Assembly (NCBI GenBank): GCA_000934665.2
Contig: JYFJ02002740.1
Span: 1 to 51,916 of the forward strand
Length of the DNA: 51,916 nucleotides
Direction: 5' to 3'
Source of the DNA: Catajapyx aquilonaris
Taxonomy: Eukaryota
The notes under the pieces: generated by a model
The model's input: only the letters and a program-made list of their open reading frames with translations
Databases searched by the model: none
What the model was told of the DNA's origin: nothing
Translations under genes and position numbers: made by a program
Shown: piece after piece, positions 35,047 through 47,329 of the stretch
Layout: each line of letters starts with the position of its first letter
Position numbering within the stretch: position 1 is the first letter of the stretch

Positions 35047-35802
35047 TAATGTGTGACTACCTGCCGACCTGTACGGGCACTGTATTTGTGGCAAAAAAAT
35101 TAATTGTAAATCATTTTAGTATGGCCCTCGTATATATGCACTGTCCACAGGTCATTATACTTCAGCCATCTAGTCATTAGCTTATTGTTATACATTAATT
35201 CTTCACCAACTTTGAAAGCCAATATTGAAGAAGAAAGAGGGGTGGGACTCTCACCGGGGTTCAGAGGGTTTCTACCCCGCATCCTGTAGCAGGCCCTGCT
35301 CGGACTTCCCATAGGGCTTCTAGGCTCCAGCGTGTAGGCGACCCAGCTTTCCGGAAGGTCATCTTGGGTTAGGTCGATTACAGCTCCATCGACATTCCCA
35401 GACGGAGGGGTGGTGTTTCCCAAGCTAGCCATCATGTCAGCAACCTGTCAGTTACAGTGGTTGAAGAGAAAATGCAAGTTACTTTTCACATAACAATGTA
35501 ACAAACCTTTGTTGACAAACACTACTGAAAGCCCAACCTTTTGAACTTTCACAAGCTTCTGCTAAATACCATTTCACATTTCATCTGAAAGGTAAGATGT
35601 GAGTGAATCTGAATACATATGATTTTTTGATTGTGCTTCCTGTTTCGAAACCTTTCTTTCCCTACCACCCAGTCCCCTCTCAGCTTGTATCACCATTCCA
35701 GGCAAGGTATGGAATGGACAAAAGTACTCACAAGGGACAGTCCCGGGTGATAATGGCGGATCTTGATGAAACTTAATATGCTAATACAGGACAATACAGG
35801 AT

Positions 35803-36389
35803 TACAGGGTGTTTCAGAGTCACAGGTGGGGAAAAATCGTAGGTGGCGACAACCCCGGTCGGTTTTATAAAACAATTAGAAATATAGCAGTAATAAATTT
35901 ATTTATTACGGCCGTACAGCGTGATGTCACATCCTTTCTGTATTCGAATTGACCCCCGCGGACTGGCAAATGCAAGGCAAATGCTTTCGGTTGAACCTGG
36001 AGGAACGGGTTTTCAGCCTTGCGGGTTGCACTGAAAAAGGGGCTCTCCTGCTACACCGGCAGGGTACTGAACACACCACTGTACAGTAGTACACTACGTT
36101 GCACAGTACCCTGCCGGAGTAGCATGAGAGCGCCTTTTTCAGTGCAACCCGCAAGACTAAAAACCCGTTCAACCAGGTTCAACCGAAAGCATTTGCCTTG
36201 CATTTGCCAGTCCGCAGGGGTCAATTCGAATACAGAAAGGATGTGACGTCACGCCGTACGGCCGTAATAAATAAATTGATTACTGCCGTATTTCTAATTG
36301 TTTTATAAAACCGACCGGGGTTGTCGCCACTTACGATTTTTCCCCACCCCCTCGCGCGTGCTTGACACGTGACTCTGAAACACCCTGTA
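35803..36389. mobile_element. Tc1/mariner-type palindromic MITE (copy 2)
   Basis: Near-identical to 34443-35046; identical ORF-track peptides. Confidence 0.9.
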
Positions 36390-36966
36390 TATGATAACCA
36401 AAAATGAAATATTTCGTGCTGAGGCCCATATTAGCAAAAGTTATGACGTCTTAAAGTGCCAAAAATAATACATTTTCATACACAATGGGATTACATTAGC
36501 AACCACTTATAATGACAGTGAAGTGTGTAATCAGTTTCTAAGACTGTTTCTCATCGAAAAAAAAAGTCATACAGAACCGCTGTCCGTCCGTCTGTGGACA
36601 GGTATCAAGGCCTAAACCGTAAGAGATAGCGACAAAAGGTTTTCAGATTCGGATTAAGCGTGACCAAAATAGGTTTCATGGTCAACTTCCGGTGACCAAC
36701 CACTTCCGGTTTTATGGGTTAGCTCTATCCACACAAGTCTATTCTTTACGGCAGTTTAGAAAACTGGAAGTGGCGGGTCACCGCAAGTTGGCCTATTTTG
36801 GTCACGCTTAATCCGAATATGAAAACCATTTGTCGCTATCTCTTACGGCTTAGGCCTTGATACCTGTCCACAGACGGACGGACAGAGCCGTTCTATAAGA
36901 CTTTTTTCTGATGAGAAATATCTAAAAACTGCTTACACACTTCAATGTCATTATATGTGGACGCTA

Positions 36967-37247
36967 CCGAAGCAGTTTGGAGGAGGGGATATGGTGTCCG
37001 ACTGCTAATCGGGAGGTCCTGGGATCAAATCGCGGAGCCGGCAACTCTGACCGTGGTTTTCTGTGGTTTTCCACGGTCCTTCCAGGAAAATTCCGGAGTT
37101 GCTTCCGTAATTAATAGGCTACAGCCGCTTCCTTCCGTCCCTATCCTATCCCAAAGAGCACATTAAAATGAAAAAGCAAAGAGTTCCAGGCAAAACAAAC
37201 TTCCCCCCTAAAGAGCCGATGGCTGGTAACGGGTATGAATTATTTAT
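36967..37247 (+). mobile_element. tRNA-derived SINE (family D)
   Basis: Homologous to 27733-28144; TSD resembling ttatatg(t/c)gg(a/t)cgcta. Confidence 0.8.
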
Positions 37248-37599
37248 TACAGTGGAGCATCGATTATCCGAACAGAGTCTGCCAAGGGGGTGTTCGGATA
37301 ACTGATTGTTTGGATAACCAATCATTTACGGAAAAAATTGTACCGGTGTCATAGGAGCAATATGAAACTAAGAAACAGTGATATTAACCACAAAATTGTA
37401 TATTTTCTGTCACAGGCACGTCATAAAAATACTGTACATGTACCTTACTGTCCTTACATGAAGTAGTCCTACAGTTTAGGGGGNGGGGGGGGGGGGGAAG
37501 GGCGTTTTTTTGTTTTTAGGGGTTTTTTGGTTTTGTTTTTTTTTGCCAACCCGAAAACGTTCGGTTGATCTGTGTTCGGATAATCGATGCTCCACTGTA
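37248..37599. mobile_element. pogo/Tigger-like MITE (copy 2)
   Basis: Same TIRs as 2065-2559; sits in a SINE (tta)n tail. Confidence 0.85.
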
Positions 37600-38497
37600 T
37601 TATTATTATTATATGCGGTCGCTAAGATAATCCCATTGTGTATGAAAATGTATTATTTGTGGCACTTTAAGACATCATAACTTTTGCAAATATGGGCCTC
37701 AGCAAGAAATATTTCATTTTTGGTTATCATATCCTGTATCCTGTATTAGCATGTTAAGTTTCATCTATATCCGCCATTATCACCTGGGGACTGTCCCTTG
37801 TCAGATTCCAAGGCTCATAATACAATAGTAATAAGACTCGTGGCATCCCCTCAATGCCGCGAATGCAATGATTTTCTTGCTCTCATGTACCCTCCAATAT
37901 TATAATGGGACTGTTTTAGCCTTTCCCAATCTCTCACAAGGTTTCACTATAGAAAACCACCTGTAAATGCAGGTGCCAGTATCATTCTAAGGTTAAATGC
38001 ATTATAAAAAGGCCATTCAGACTCCAGTGAGCCAGTTGTCATTTGTGGCAGAAGATCTGCAAAATACTCTGTAAATGAACCAAGCCCACACCTCTTCAGG
38101 TGCAACTGGCGTAAGGGCAGGTGATGCATCAGGAGACAAATGAAGGAGGCAAAAGAAAATGTTAATTATGATGTAATGACTTGGAATGCATGGTTTTTCT
38201 TAAGACTACTGAGAAACTTGTCCCACTGCCGGGCCAAACAGTTGACATAGTTGCCATAAGATTTCAGTGGTTAATGGACACTATAATATTTGCTACACAG
38301 CTACGTCAGAGGCCAGGTGTGTTGAACATTGGTTCTGGCATCCAGTGGGGCAGGTGATTCAATGTTCTTTGGGAAACGAGCTTGAGAAAACCATGCACTC
38401 TTTTGGAATACTGCCAACCTTCCTACCACTCGGATGTCAACTGAATTAGGTCCCTGAGCAGATTACTTGCTGGGATTTTGAAACCATTTCCCTAGGT

Positions 38498-38966
38498 CAG
38501 GGATATTCAACTGGCGGACCGCGACGTAATTTTGTCCAGACCGCAACAATATACAGGACAGTTTGAAATAGCATGATAAATTACTAATTCATGATTTTTT
38601 TGGGAAAAAGGGCTACCAATTTGATCAAATACACACCCATTCAAATCTCCCACATCTCACCTAAGCTCGTGTGACCTTGAACCCCCCAAAAATTTACGGC
38701 TTGTTCACATCGTGCTTACGAAATGGGCCCCCCTCCGAAATTCTTCTGCCTACGCCCCTGTACAGGACATCATCAAGGGCGAAAAATGTCTTAATATGCC
38801 CTGTCTTGATAGGCCCTTCTACCCTTGCTGCACATGTTTATATTTTCGAATATGAACCCTGTGGTACCATATACCTAGTAAAATCTATATCCGGTCCGGT
38901 CCAAACCTTCAATGGCCCAGGCAAGGTAAATACTGGACCTTGTCAGAAACTAGTTGAATACCCCTG
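38498..38966. mobile_element. hAT-type MITE
   Basis: TIR caggg(a/g)tattcaact; perfect 8-bp TSD ccctaggt. Confidence 0.9.
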
Positions 38967-39194
38967 CCCTAGGTAGTTAGTTGACCATTAGAAATCCCAC
39001 TGGAAAGGAAGTTGGAGACAACAAAACTCAATACGAGAGAAAGAGAGGCCTGGGCTTGGGATCAAACCTGGGGATCTGGCTACATGTGGCCACAGGCATT
39101 ACACAGGTAGAGAATCCTGCATCCAAAATTCCAAAAGGGGAAAACTTCCACAATCCAAAAGTATTTTTAGTGCTGACATGACGCGCCACACCTG

Positions 39195-39304
39195 ATGTAC
39201 TATATCGCTCAAAAAGATAGAGACGATTGGCATTTGATTCAAGTGCAAGTTGCACTTGAGTCAAATGCAAAATCGTCTCTATCTTTTTGGGCGATATAGT
39301 ACAT
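39195..39304. repeat. 110-bp palindrome with a 1-nt centre
   Basis: atgtactatatcgc..gtgcaa g ttgcac..gcgatatagtacat. Confidence 0.85.
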
Positions 39305-39310
39305 AGTAGC

Positions 39311-40187
39311 ATCAAAAAGTTCCCAGAATTCACCAATTACTCAGCTACCTTTAGAAGTAGAGAGATGAGCTTTTAGGTGTATCTGCACACAATCCTAATG
39401 AGTCAGTGTGCCAAGTGGCATTGTCCTGTATACATCTGAACGTGTCTCGTACCTGCTTTTGTGAACCCACGGTACGTCGACTGGTCAATCCTGTAATGCT
39501 GACAAAAACAAGCAGTGTGTGTGGATCACAGGTGACTAAAGTTGGCTTTTCCACTGTAATGATTGTCATGACAACTTTCATAACCATTTCTGAAAGTTGA
39601 GTTGCCATTTATGGTTTCTCAAAGCTCCTGAATATGTAGAGCTGTTTCTGGTTGGGTGTCAGAAGCCTGTGGACACAGTGCGATGCATATCATTTCGTGC
39701 GTGCAAATGACCTGGAACTGAATCCCGTTTCTGTCACAGATCTCATGAATGGCACGGAGATGGTCCTCACAAGGGATTTATCGAAATTTTTCAAAATTTT
39801 CAGAGGTTGTGTTGATGTATGGTCTTCCTGAGTGCCCTTGACCTTCAACCAACATTGACCACACTTGAAAGGCAATTGCGACTCAAAACACTGCGCTTAT
39901 GGCCTAAAGCTTGATCACCAGAAGCCTGATGAAGCTTTCCTTGCCTCAGTTGAATATGTCCCGAGCTTCATGCAAATCTTACACATAAACTTTTGTGCCG
40001 CCATTGTGGATTGACGAGTAGACGTACAGTGAGTTCGCAAAAGCGCGTGCAAGACATGTTCAGATGTACACAGGACAATGCCACTTGGCACACTGACTCA
40101 TTAGGATTGTGTGCAAATACATCTCAAATTGCGTCTCTACTTCTCAAGGTAGCAGAGTAATCGGTGAATTCTGGGAACTTTTTGATC
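39311..40187. mobile_element. mariner-derived element with duplicated 5' ends
   Basis: atcaaaaagttcccagaattcacc inverted arms of about 150 bp; degraded mariner N-terminus inside. Confidence 0.75.
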
Positions 40188-41323
40188 CTAGGAGTAGTGG
40201 TTAGTGTTTGGTGCTGTATTTATACACATTTTTTTGTCGACAGTGATCGTCATGTCTTTGGTACAGGTTCAGTGAGTAAAAAACATTATTTTTACATGAA
40301 ATCTGAATTTCACCTATGCATAAAAATTAATGTGAAAAGTGACATATCTAGCATCAATACATGTATCTCAAGGTATATACAAAATTATTAAAAATCTAAA
40401 TACAGTAACCCTGTAAGTTTTTGTACAGTAACCTATGACCAGCAAATATATGCCATGTTTAGGCTTAGGACTCATCCTGAGTCTGTCCCATTTCATAGAT
40501 GCAAATACACAAATATTCCAGAACCACTTCCGGCCCCAGGCAAAGGATTTTGAACGTGCACTGTGACACTCCTCAACCCCCACCGTAGGCTTCTACTAAT
40601 ACTGATTCTACCAGCGCTGATGCCAGAAATGTCCAGTTCCATCGCTGAAAAGTCTGCCCATTATTCCAACCCCCGCTGAACATTCTAATGTACAACAATG
40701 GTTCTGACCCCCATTTCGTTCTATTGCCCCGGCATGTCGAATATTCACCTTCCAAGATCCGACCTTCTCACCGCCTCCCAAACGTCCTTGTTTCGGAACT
40801 CTGAACACCCTCTGTTCGTAAACTGAGGGTGCAGCAGCCTGGAAAGTCGTGTACCGGTGGCGTAGACCAGGAAACCGTCCCTTCGATCAGTCACTGACTG
40901 CAGCAGAATTTAAAACAACTGACCAACTGGGATGGAACCATAGTGTGAAACATGACCGGTGCGGAACTGACAAACAGCGGGGCCGGGTAGCGTAGCTGTT
41001 GTGAAAGGATGTAGCTGCTTTATTTTCAAATTAAAGGTGGTCAAAAGATGACCTTACCGTTGTACTGTAATTATTTAGATGACGAAACCCAGGCTTTTTC
41101 TACTATAGGCGTGGAAGTGCAAGTATCCTTGACGAAACCCAGGCTTCCGAACGCTTCTCTGCGCTCCTTGACAGTGAAACGCAGGTCACACGTTTTGGTG
41201 TGGTGCATGGTGTGGTGCATTTGGATGACTGGAGGTGCCAGGGACGGACCTAGACGCTATTTACACTAAGCTGCTATTGAGTTCGGGAGTTATACGCACC
41301 GCTCATTCAGCACCATGTGAATA

Positions 41324-42551
41324 TAGGGTAAACCATACAGTTATGGCCCACTTAAGAAATTTTCCAAGTTCACATCGTCACATCTCACATGACCCACAGT
41401 AATTACATTTGATTATAATTTTTTTCTGAATCTTCATAATGTTCTCTTTTAAGGAGCAACTGCAATTTTGAAATTCTCCCTTACAAACTGTCATTTTTGG
41501 TAATGAAATGTTCCAAAAAAGTCACAAATGTACAGAATGGGCCACTCTTCACAGTTATGGGCCGTCTTTGTGACAGTTATGGCTTATGGGCCACCTAATT
41601 GTAGGGACTCTATTGTTGTTTGCCGCACTCGTGGTGCAGGGTGTTGCCCAGCATTGTTTCCTACTGTCTCAGCAGTTTTTCAAGTTTTTATGACCACCCC
41701 CCTAGCCTCTGTCGTCATTTGCGTGAAAGATGCATTTACTCCGGAATTACCGAACCTGCCTGCCAAGCAAAGAATTTCGTTAAGAACATAATGATGACTT
41801 TCTCACCTGAAATTCCTTCATGATTGTCGTATTCACCTACCTGCCCACTTCTGGAGGTGTCTACCTCCCTGTCTCCCCTTATTCCATCATGTTGGGTAGG
41901 GTCTATTGGATAAAATGATGCAGGCTAAGTGTAGGCTAATAATTATACAGGTAGGCTAACTGAAAACTAACATTACGTCACCCTCTTCTAGGGTGAGGGG
42001 GGGGGGGGTTTGCTTACTGATGACCAAAGATGAGGGGGGAGGGGGAGGAAGTTCGAAAAGCAATTTTTATTAAAATTGACCTCGAAATACAGTTTTGGGT
42101 AGGGTATGCCCATTACTGTAAAGTGATGGTTTTGATTCGCACAGTTATGGGCCACCCCGTTCTACCCATGCTATCTAATACTGACTCACCATTATCTACA
42201 AAATATGAAACTATGGAGTCTATACCCTAGCCATGCAAATTGACATCGGCAACCTGGAGTGACGAATACACTTATCACTAGCTGCAGTGCTACTCCTTAC
42301 CAACTATACTTAAGGAAGCGGCCATTTTGGAAGTGACTCAGAGACCAGAGCACGGACCATCAGAGGCTTTGGCGACCTTGATGAAAGTCCAACCGGAAAA
42401 AAATTGTATACAACGTTCGTCCAACAATGCAGCGCAGCCAGCACCCATGGGCAAAAATGATCGCTACTTTCACTACACGCATTAATATAAATAAGATTAC
42501 TGTAAGTGGCTCATTACTGTATGGTGGCCCATAACTGTATGGTTTACCCTA
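41324..42551. mobile_element. Non-autonomous TIR element (pogo-like)
   Basis: TIR tagggtaaaccatacagttatgg, TA flanks, internal cagttatggg repeats. Confidence 0.8.
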
Positions 42552-44300
42552 TAGCACAATATACCGGTATGCTGTCTACAAGTCTTCGAGTCATAGCTAG
42601 GGTTTTAAAATACGCGCATTCTTTTTCGATAACCCTGTATAGGGCACTCAAACATCAAATAATGTGGATTAAAGCACGGTCATAGAAAGTAAGGTCTGGT
42701 CACTCCCACCCACCCCCTGCCGGGGCGTTTTGCAGAAGGTGCTCACTTGAGAGCGTCATGACTCATGAGACATTTCGGAACCCAGGTAAGTGTCCCCTAC
42801 CGGACTAGGCTGAACTTCATAGGTACGAAGGCCGGCGGCCATGTTGGGCCCGCACAGCCCCCTGTCACATCCCCCCGATTTGTATGGATACGGTAGTTTA
42901 ACACCTGTGTCTCCGCCAGGCTGGGAATTTGGCGCTGACGGCGCTACATAGTTCGCTATCCGCCATCTTTTTCAAGGTGCACTCAAGTGGTAAGCTGCGG
43001 AAGGAAAGGAAGATCGAGCAGACTACCCGCTGCTATAGTACTTTTAGTACGGTACTTAGTTGTTAGAACCTTACTTTACTTAGTTTTAGTAATTTAGTAC
43101 TTTTAGGTACTGTACCTCTACCTACCCCAGGAGTTGCACCTTGAACAAGATGATGGCGTCTTAGCGAACGATGGGACACAGTTATTACACTACCGCAGGG
43201 ATTCCCAACCTGGGAGTCGTGGCCCCACAAGGGGGCCGTGGAGCAGGTCCAGGGGGGCCGTGAGAGGCATTGTATCATATATATTTGGTGTTTTGTATTA
43301 ATATTGCGGGGAAATTTCTTGTATTGTTTGGCTGCTTCATTAAAGATGTTTCGCTGCTTATGTCTACTAAGATAATGTTCCCACATGCCAAGGGACAGAT
43401 GTGTATTTTATGATTACAAAAAGGCCAACAAATGAAATACACATGAAGTTTATTTCACGCTATTACTTACAAAATAGATGTAGAAAGGGCCATAAGTCTG
43501 AATCTAAATAGTTCTTAACAACTACAAAAGTAAGGAAAGACATCCATTTTTACACCATCATGTGACATAAAGAAAATAATAAACTTGCCTGTCCCATTCA
43601 AACAGGGTAGAAGGCTCCACATTTTTTATTTGGCTCAATAATGTTGCAACTTTCTGAATGCTACACCAACACCATGTAACTGACGCGCTACCTTGTTACC
43701 AGGCGGAAAGCTTTCCCTCTGTCCTGAGGATACAACCTTGCAAATGCTTGCAAGAAGTTGTGGATTAGCTCAAGATTTGTTGAACGGTGTCCTTGGAAAG
43801 TAACAATTTACTGCTGATACACATGCGTGTAACATTTTCAATCAATTGACTTCACACGCAATGAAAATTGGAAATAAAAATTTGATAGGTCACCAATTAT
43901 GAATCAGTCTCCCGTGGGAGCCTTTGGCTGATACATTTTCTCCCTACATGGAGAAACATTGCTTTTGTGACCTCCCTACTCTGGTACAAACACGACATTT
44001 CCATCAATGCATATGTGAGCAGACTTCTGTTCCATATGACAAAATAATATGTTGCAATACCGGTACCACCTAAATGACATTGTTGCACTCATACAATAAC
44101 ATGATTACTCATAAAACCGTGTTGTCAAAGAACATCTTCCCACCTATCTCACCTTAGAGATCGTCATTTTTTGATGGATGTTCCTAAATGTTCTGCGATG
44201 GGCTATAACGAGACATGAACAATCTGTACTTTATTTGCACAAAATTCCTTTCAACTCAGAAACTATTGATTGTATGAACTAGATTGTTTTAATATCTGAT

Positions 44301-45114
44301 TCAGTCTGAAAAAAACATAGAAAACGACACCCCACTTGCCCTCTCGCCAGTCTCATCATCGCTCCCATGATCACTGCTAGACTCGCTCTTTATGAGCATT
44401 CCAACCCACTCCCAGTAGTTTCCTTTCTTGGCCAGAATTGCAAGATTCCCTATTTCAAAATCCCTCCCTTCTACCTTCACATCTGGCTTCATTATTTCAC
44501 CCACCATGTAAGGTAACTGGGTCAGTGTCTCTGGAGGAAGGTCCTGTATTCGTGTGCATGAAAGCTTTGGCTGCGCATCCTTGGTGGTCACCAAGAGACA
44601 GTTCCTGCTGTCCTGAACATACCACACTATACAGAGCTCATCTAACACCAGACGCTTCAAGTGGCTCCAACGCATCAGTTGACGATCACTGCTTCCCCCA
44701 AAGTCAATGCTCTCTAATATTTCTGCGCACCGATTTCCAAGAAGTTCAGACACATCCAACTGTTCTGATGGTAGGCTCAGTTCATATTCTTCGTTTGGCT
44801 TATCCTGATTCTGGGCATATTCTGGATTCAGAGAACACACACTTGCTATCACAATATCGTCATCTTCAGGTTCTGCTGGAGTGGCATCTGGTGATGGATC
44901 ACGTTCATGGTGATTTGGAACCCCATACTTCCGACCACTGATGGGTGCACTTCGGGCACAGAATTTCTCATCGTCATGCCACCAAGGGTCTCGTTCTACC
45001 TTTCCAGCATTAACGGTACTTTGAACAGAGTCGTCTGCAACGAGCACCTTCGGAAGTCTAGGAATCACAGCATTTTGCTTCATCAATGGTGGAGGAAAGC
45101 ACGTGGAGGAGTAC
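44301..45114 (-). CDS. Uninterrupted orphan coding exon (260 aa from ATG 45083), function unknown
   Basis: attgcag acceptor at 45115-45116; about 810 bp open with protein-like composition in an otherwise stop-riddled region; no TE motif recognised. Confidence 0.6.
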
Positions 45115-45417
45115 CTGCAATTATAATAAGTAGCAATATGCCTGATTATGAACACGAGAGTTAATGTGTATTTACAGTAGCCTTTATATGTATATAATTT
45201 TTGCATGTATGTGGGCAAATATATGTCTATGGGCTCTGTATGAGATGTGGTTGTGTCCCCCTAAAGGAGCAACGCTCCGGAACGGGGTAATAAAAACAAA
45301 CAAACAAACAAACAAACAAACAGTAGCCTTTTATTGCAAGTATATACCAGTCTTTAAAAAAAACTCTGGCAATATTTTTTAGACTTTAAAGTATTTGTCC
45401 ACAAAATAATTCACTAC

Positions 45418-45498
45418 CATTTTTATGGCATCAAATCTAGGTCTTTAACATAGAGGCTACCTCTATGTTAAAGACCTAGATTTGATGCCATAAAAATG
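45418..45498. repeat. Perfect 39-bp-arm hairpin with 3-nt loop
   Basis: catttttatgg..acatagagg cta cctctatgt..ccataaaaatg. Confidence 0.95.
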
Positions 45499-45809
45499 TC
45501 ACAAAGTGCATTTACGAGTAAAATGCCATCATCACTCCCATGTGCATTACAAACCATTTTAAAATATTCATGAGATTATGACAATTATTTGCCCTATTTT
45601 TTCAAAAGAGCAACAAATACAGGCAACTATGACATACGTAAATGCGCGTAATCCAAATTAAACAAAGATTAACCTGTTGACGGTGGTGTTTTTAGCAGGT
45701 TTTTGGGCCTTTTTTTCTTTTTTGTCCAAAATTCGATGCATAGGAGTGACATTAATGAATAACAACTTCGCGCCAAAATTAATCATTTTAATTCGTGGTG
45801 GTCCTTTTT

Positions 45810-46965
45810 AATTGAACCTCGGAATCGAAAAACAGGTTAAGTGGACTTCAAAATGACTTGGCACTTACGCCCTTGTTGCTCTGAACCTCGCTGTACGCCA
45901 AACGGAGCGTCGCAGGCCCACCAAACTCGGGTGGTAGGTGCGCCTGGCGAATCCATGACGATACAAGGTGTCAGGAATCCGATACGAGTAGCGAGTGACG
46001 AATGGGAGCGGTGTCTTTGACCCCCCACCCTCAGGACACCCCCGTAAAGTTAACCTGTTTTCCGACTCCCCTTGCGAGTTCGAGGCCACGTTGACCCCTC
46101 TGCAGGTCACAGTGATTGTCGCACCTGAACCAAACCAAAATAGCGTTTTTCTAGCGGCGAATTCGAACTTATCCCTGGTGTCACGAAACCGACAGCACAG
46201 ACGAGTCAAATGCGGCACTGGTTTATCTGATCCCCCTCCTGGGATGTCGCCTATAGTGCAGTAGATTATACTTGGTGTAGGTATGTGTACACAACATGCC
46301 CGCCTATATGTACTGTACACAACCGGTTGGCGACACCATTAGCAACATGCAGCAGCATATGTTGTACATTGTAGCCTACGCAATTATGTGATATCTGATG
46401 CGGCTTTGGTATAAAAAGCAGTTCCACACGACATATATTGATGTTTCCAGTTACTTTTATTGACCATATTCCTTTATCTGTTTTAAAATGTATCTACACT
46501 AAAAAGAATAAGGCATTGGCATCGGAAATAAAAAAGGGACGGGGGTAAGAAAAACCAGTGCCGCATTTGACTCGTTTGTCCTATCGGTATCGTGAGACCG
46601 GGGATAGGTACGCATTCGCCGCAAGAAAAATACCAATTTTTTTTTACCCAGGTGCGACAATCACTGTGACCTGCAGAGAGGTCAACGTGGCCTCGAACTC
46701 GCATGGGAGTCGGAAAACAGGTTAACTTTATGGGGGTGTCCAGAGGGTGGGGGGTCAAAGACACCGCTTCCATTCGTCACTCGCTACTCGTATCGGATTC
46801 CTGACACCTTGTATCGTCATGGATTCGCCAGGTGCACCTACCACCCGAGTTTGGTGGGCCTGCGACGCTCCGTTTGGCGTACAGCGAGGCTCAGAGCAAC
46901 AAGTGCATAAGTGCCAAGTCATTTTGATGTCCACTTAACCTGTTTTCCGATTCCGAGGTTCAATT
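45810..46965. mobile_element. Large fold-back element
   Basis: GC-rich inverted arms of about 400 bp (aattgaacctcggaatcg..). Confidence 0.85.
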
Positions 46966-47058
46966 GTAAAATGCCGGAAAAATTCATCTACAGGGTGGTC
47001 CAGAAATGTTTTTTGAAGAATAGTGTGGCGTCGATAGGCCTAACAAGTTTACAGAATC

Positions 47059-47316
47059 TGTAATGGTGTTTCCTTTTGACTTGTGTGAACCTCCCCCATT
47101 TGTTGTATACACTGATAAGAATGTTGTTGGCCACTGAGGTGCGAGCTTGTGAAGCAGAGAGAGACCAACCACCTTGGGGTGCGGTTGTGCACCGGAGAAT
47201 TCAGAAGCTGTTATTTGACCACTGTCCAGACCGTTTACGTTGTGATTGCTGACAAGGACAATATACCATTTCTACTGAACCATCTTTTTGGGACTTATTT
47301 GGGGTACCTCGTTACA
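47059..47316 (+). repeat. 5' LTR of Ty3/gypsy element
   Basis: tgtaatg...cgttaca termini; followed after 2 nt by the PBS. Confidence 0.75.
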
Positions 47317-47318
47317 AT

Positions 47319-47329
47319 TGGTATCAGAG
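47319..47329 (+). promoter_or_regulatory. Primer-binding site for initiator tRNA-Met
   Basis: tggtatcagag immediately after the LTR. Confidence 0.85.

Larger units (their letters stand above)
32787..35435 (-). pseudogene. RNF4-like SUMO-targeted RING E3 ligase gene with premature in-frame TGA
   Basis: Exon 35435-35255 (VIDLT SIM; phase-1 G|gtgag donor) joins exon 33157-32787 (DVEIVS; CAICLEELSNK*SGVSSTTCGHLFCTKC..CPKCRKKV..RRVFF*), a C-terminal C3HC4 RING. Confidence 0.8.
35729..37801. mobile_element. Large fold-back element with three nested insertions
   Basis: Termini acaagggacagtcc / ggactgtcccttgt; arms with gtccgtccgtctgt; centre near 36730. Confidence 0.8.

Noticed and set aside
37920..38450. 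Coding-looking minus-strand stretch
   Set aside because: Multiple stops and no recognisable motif or consistent splice structure.
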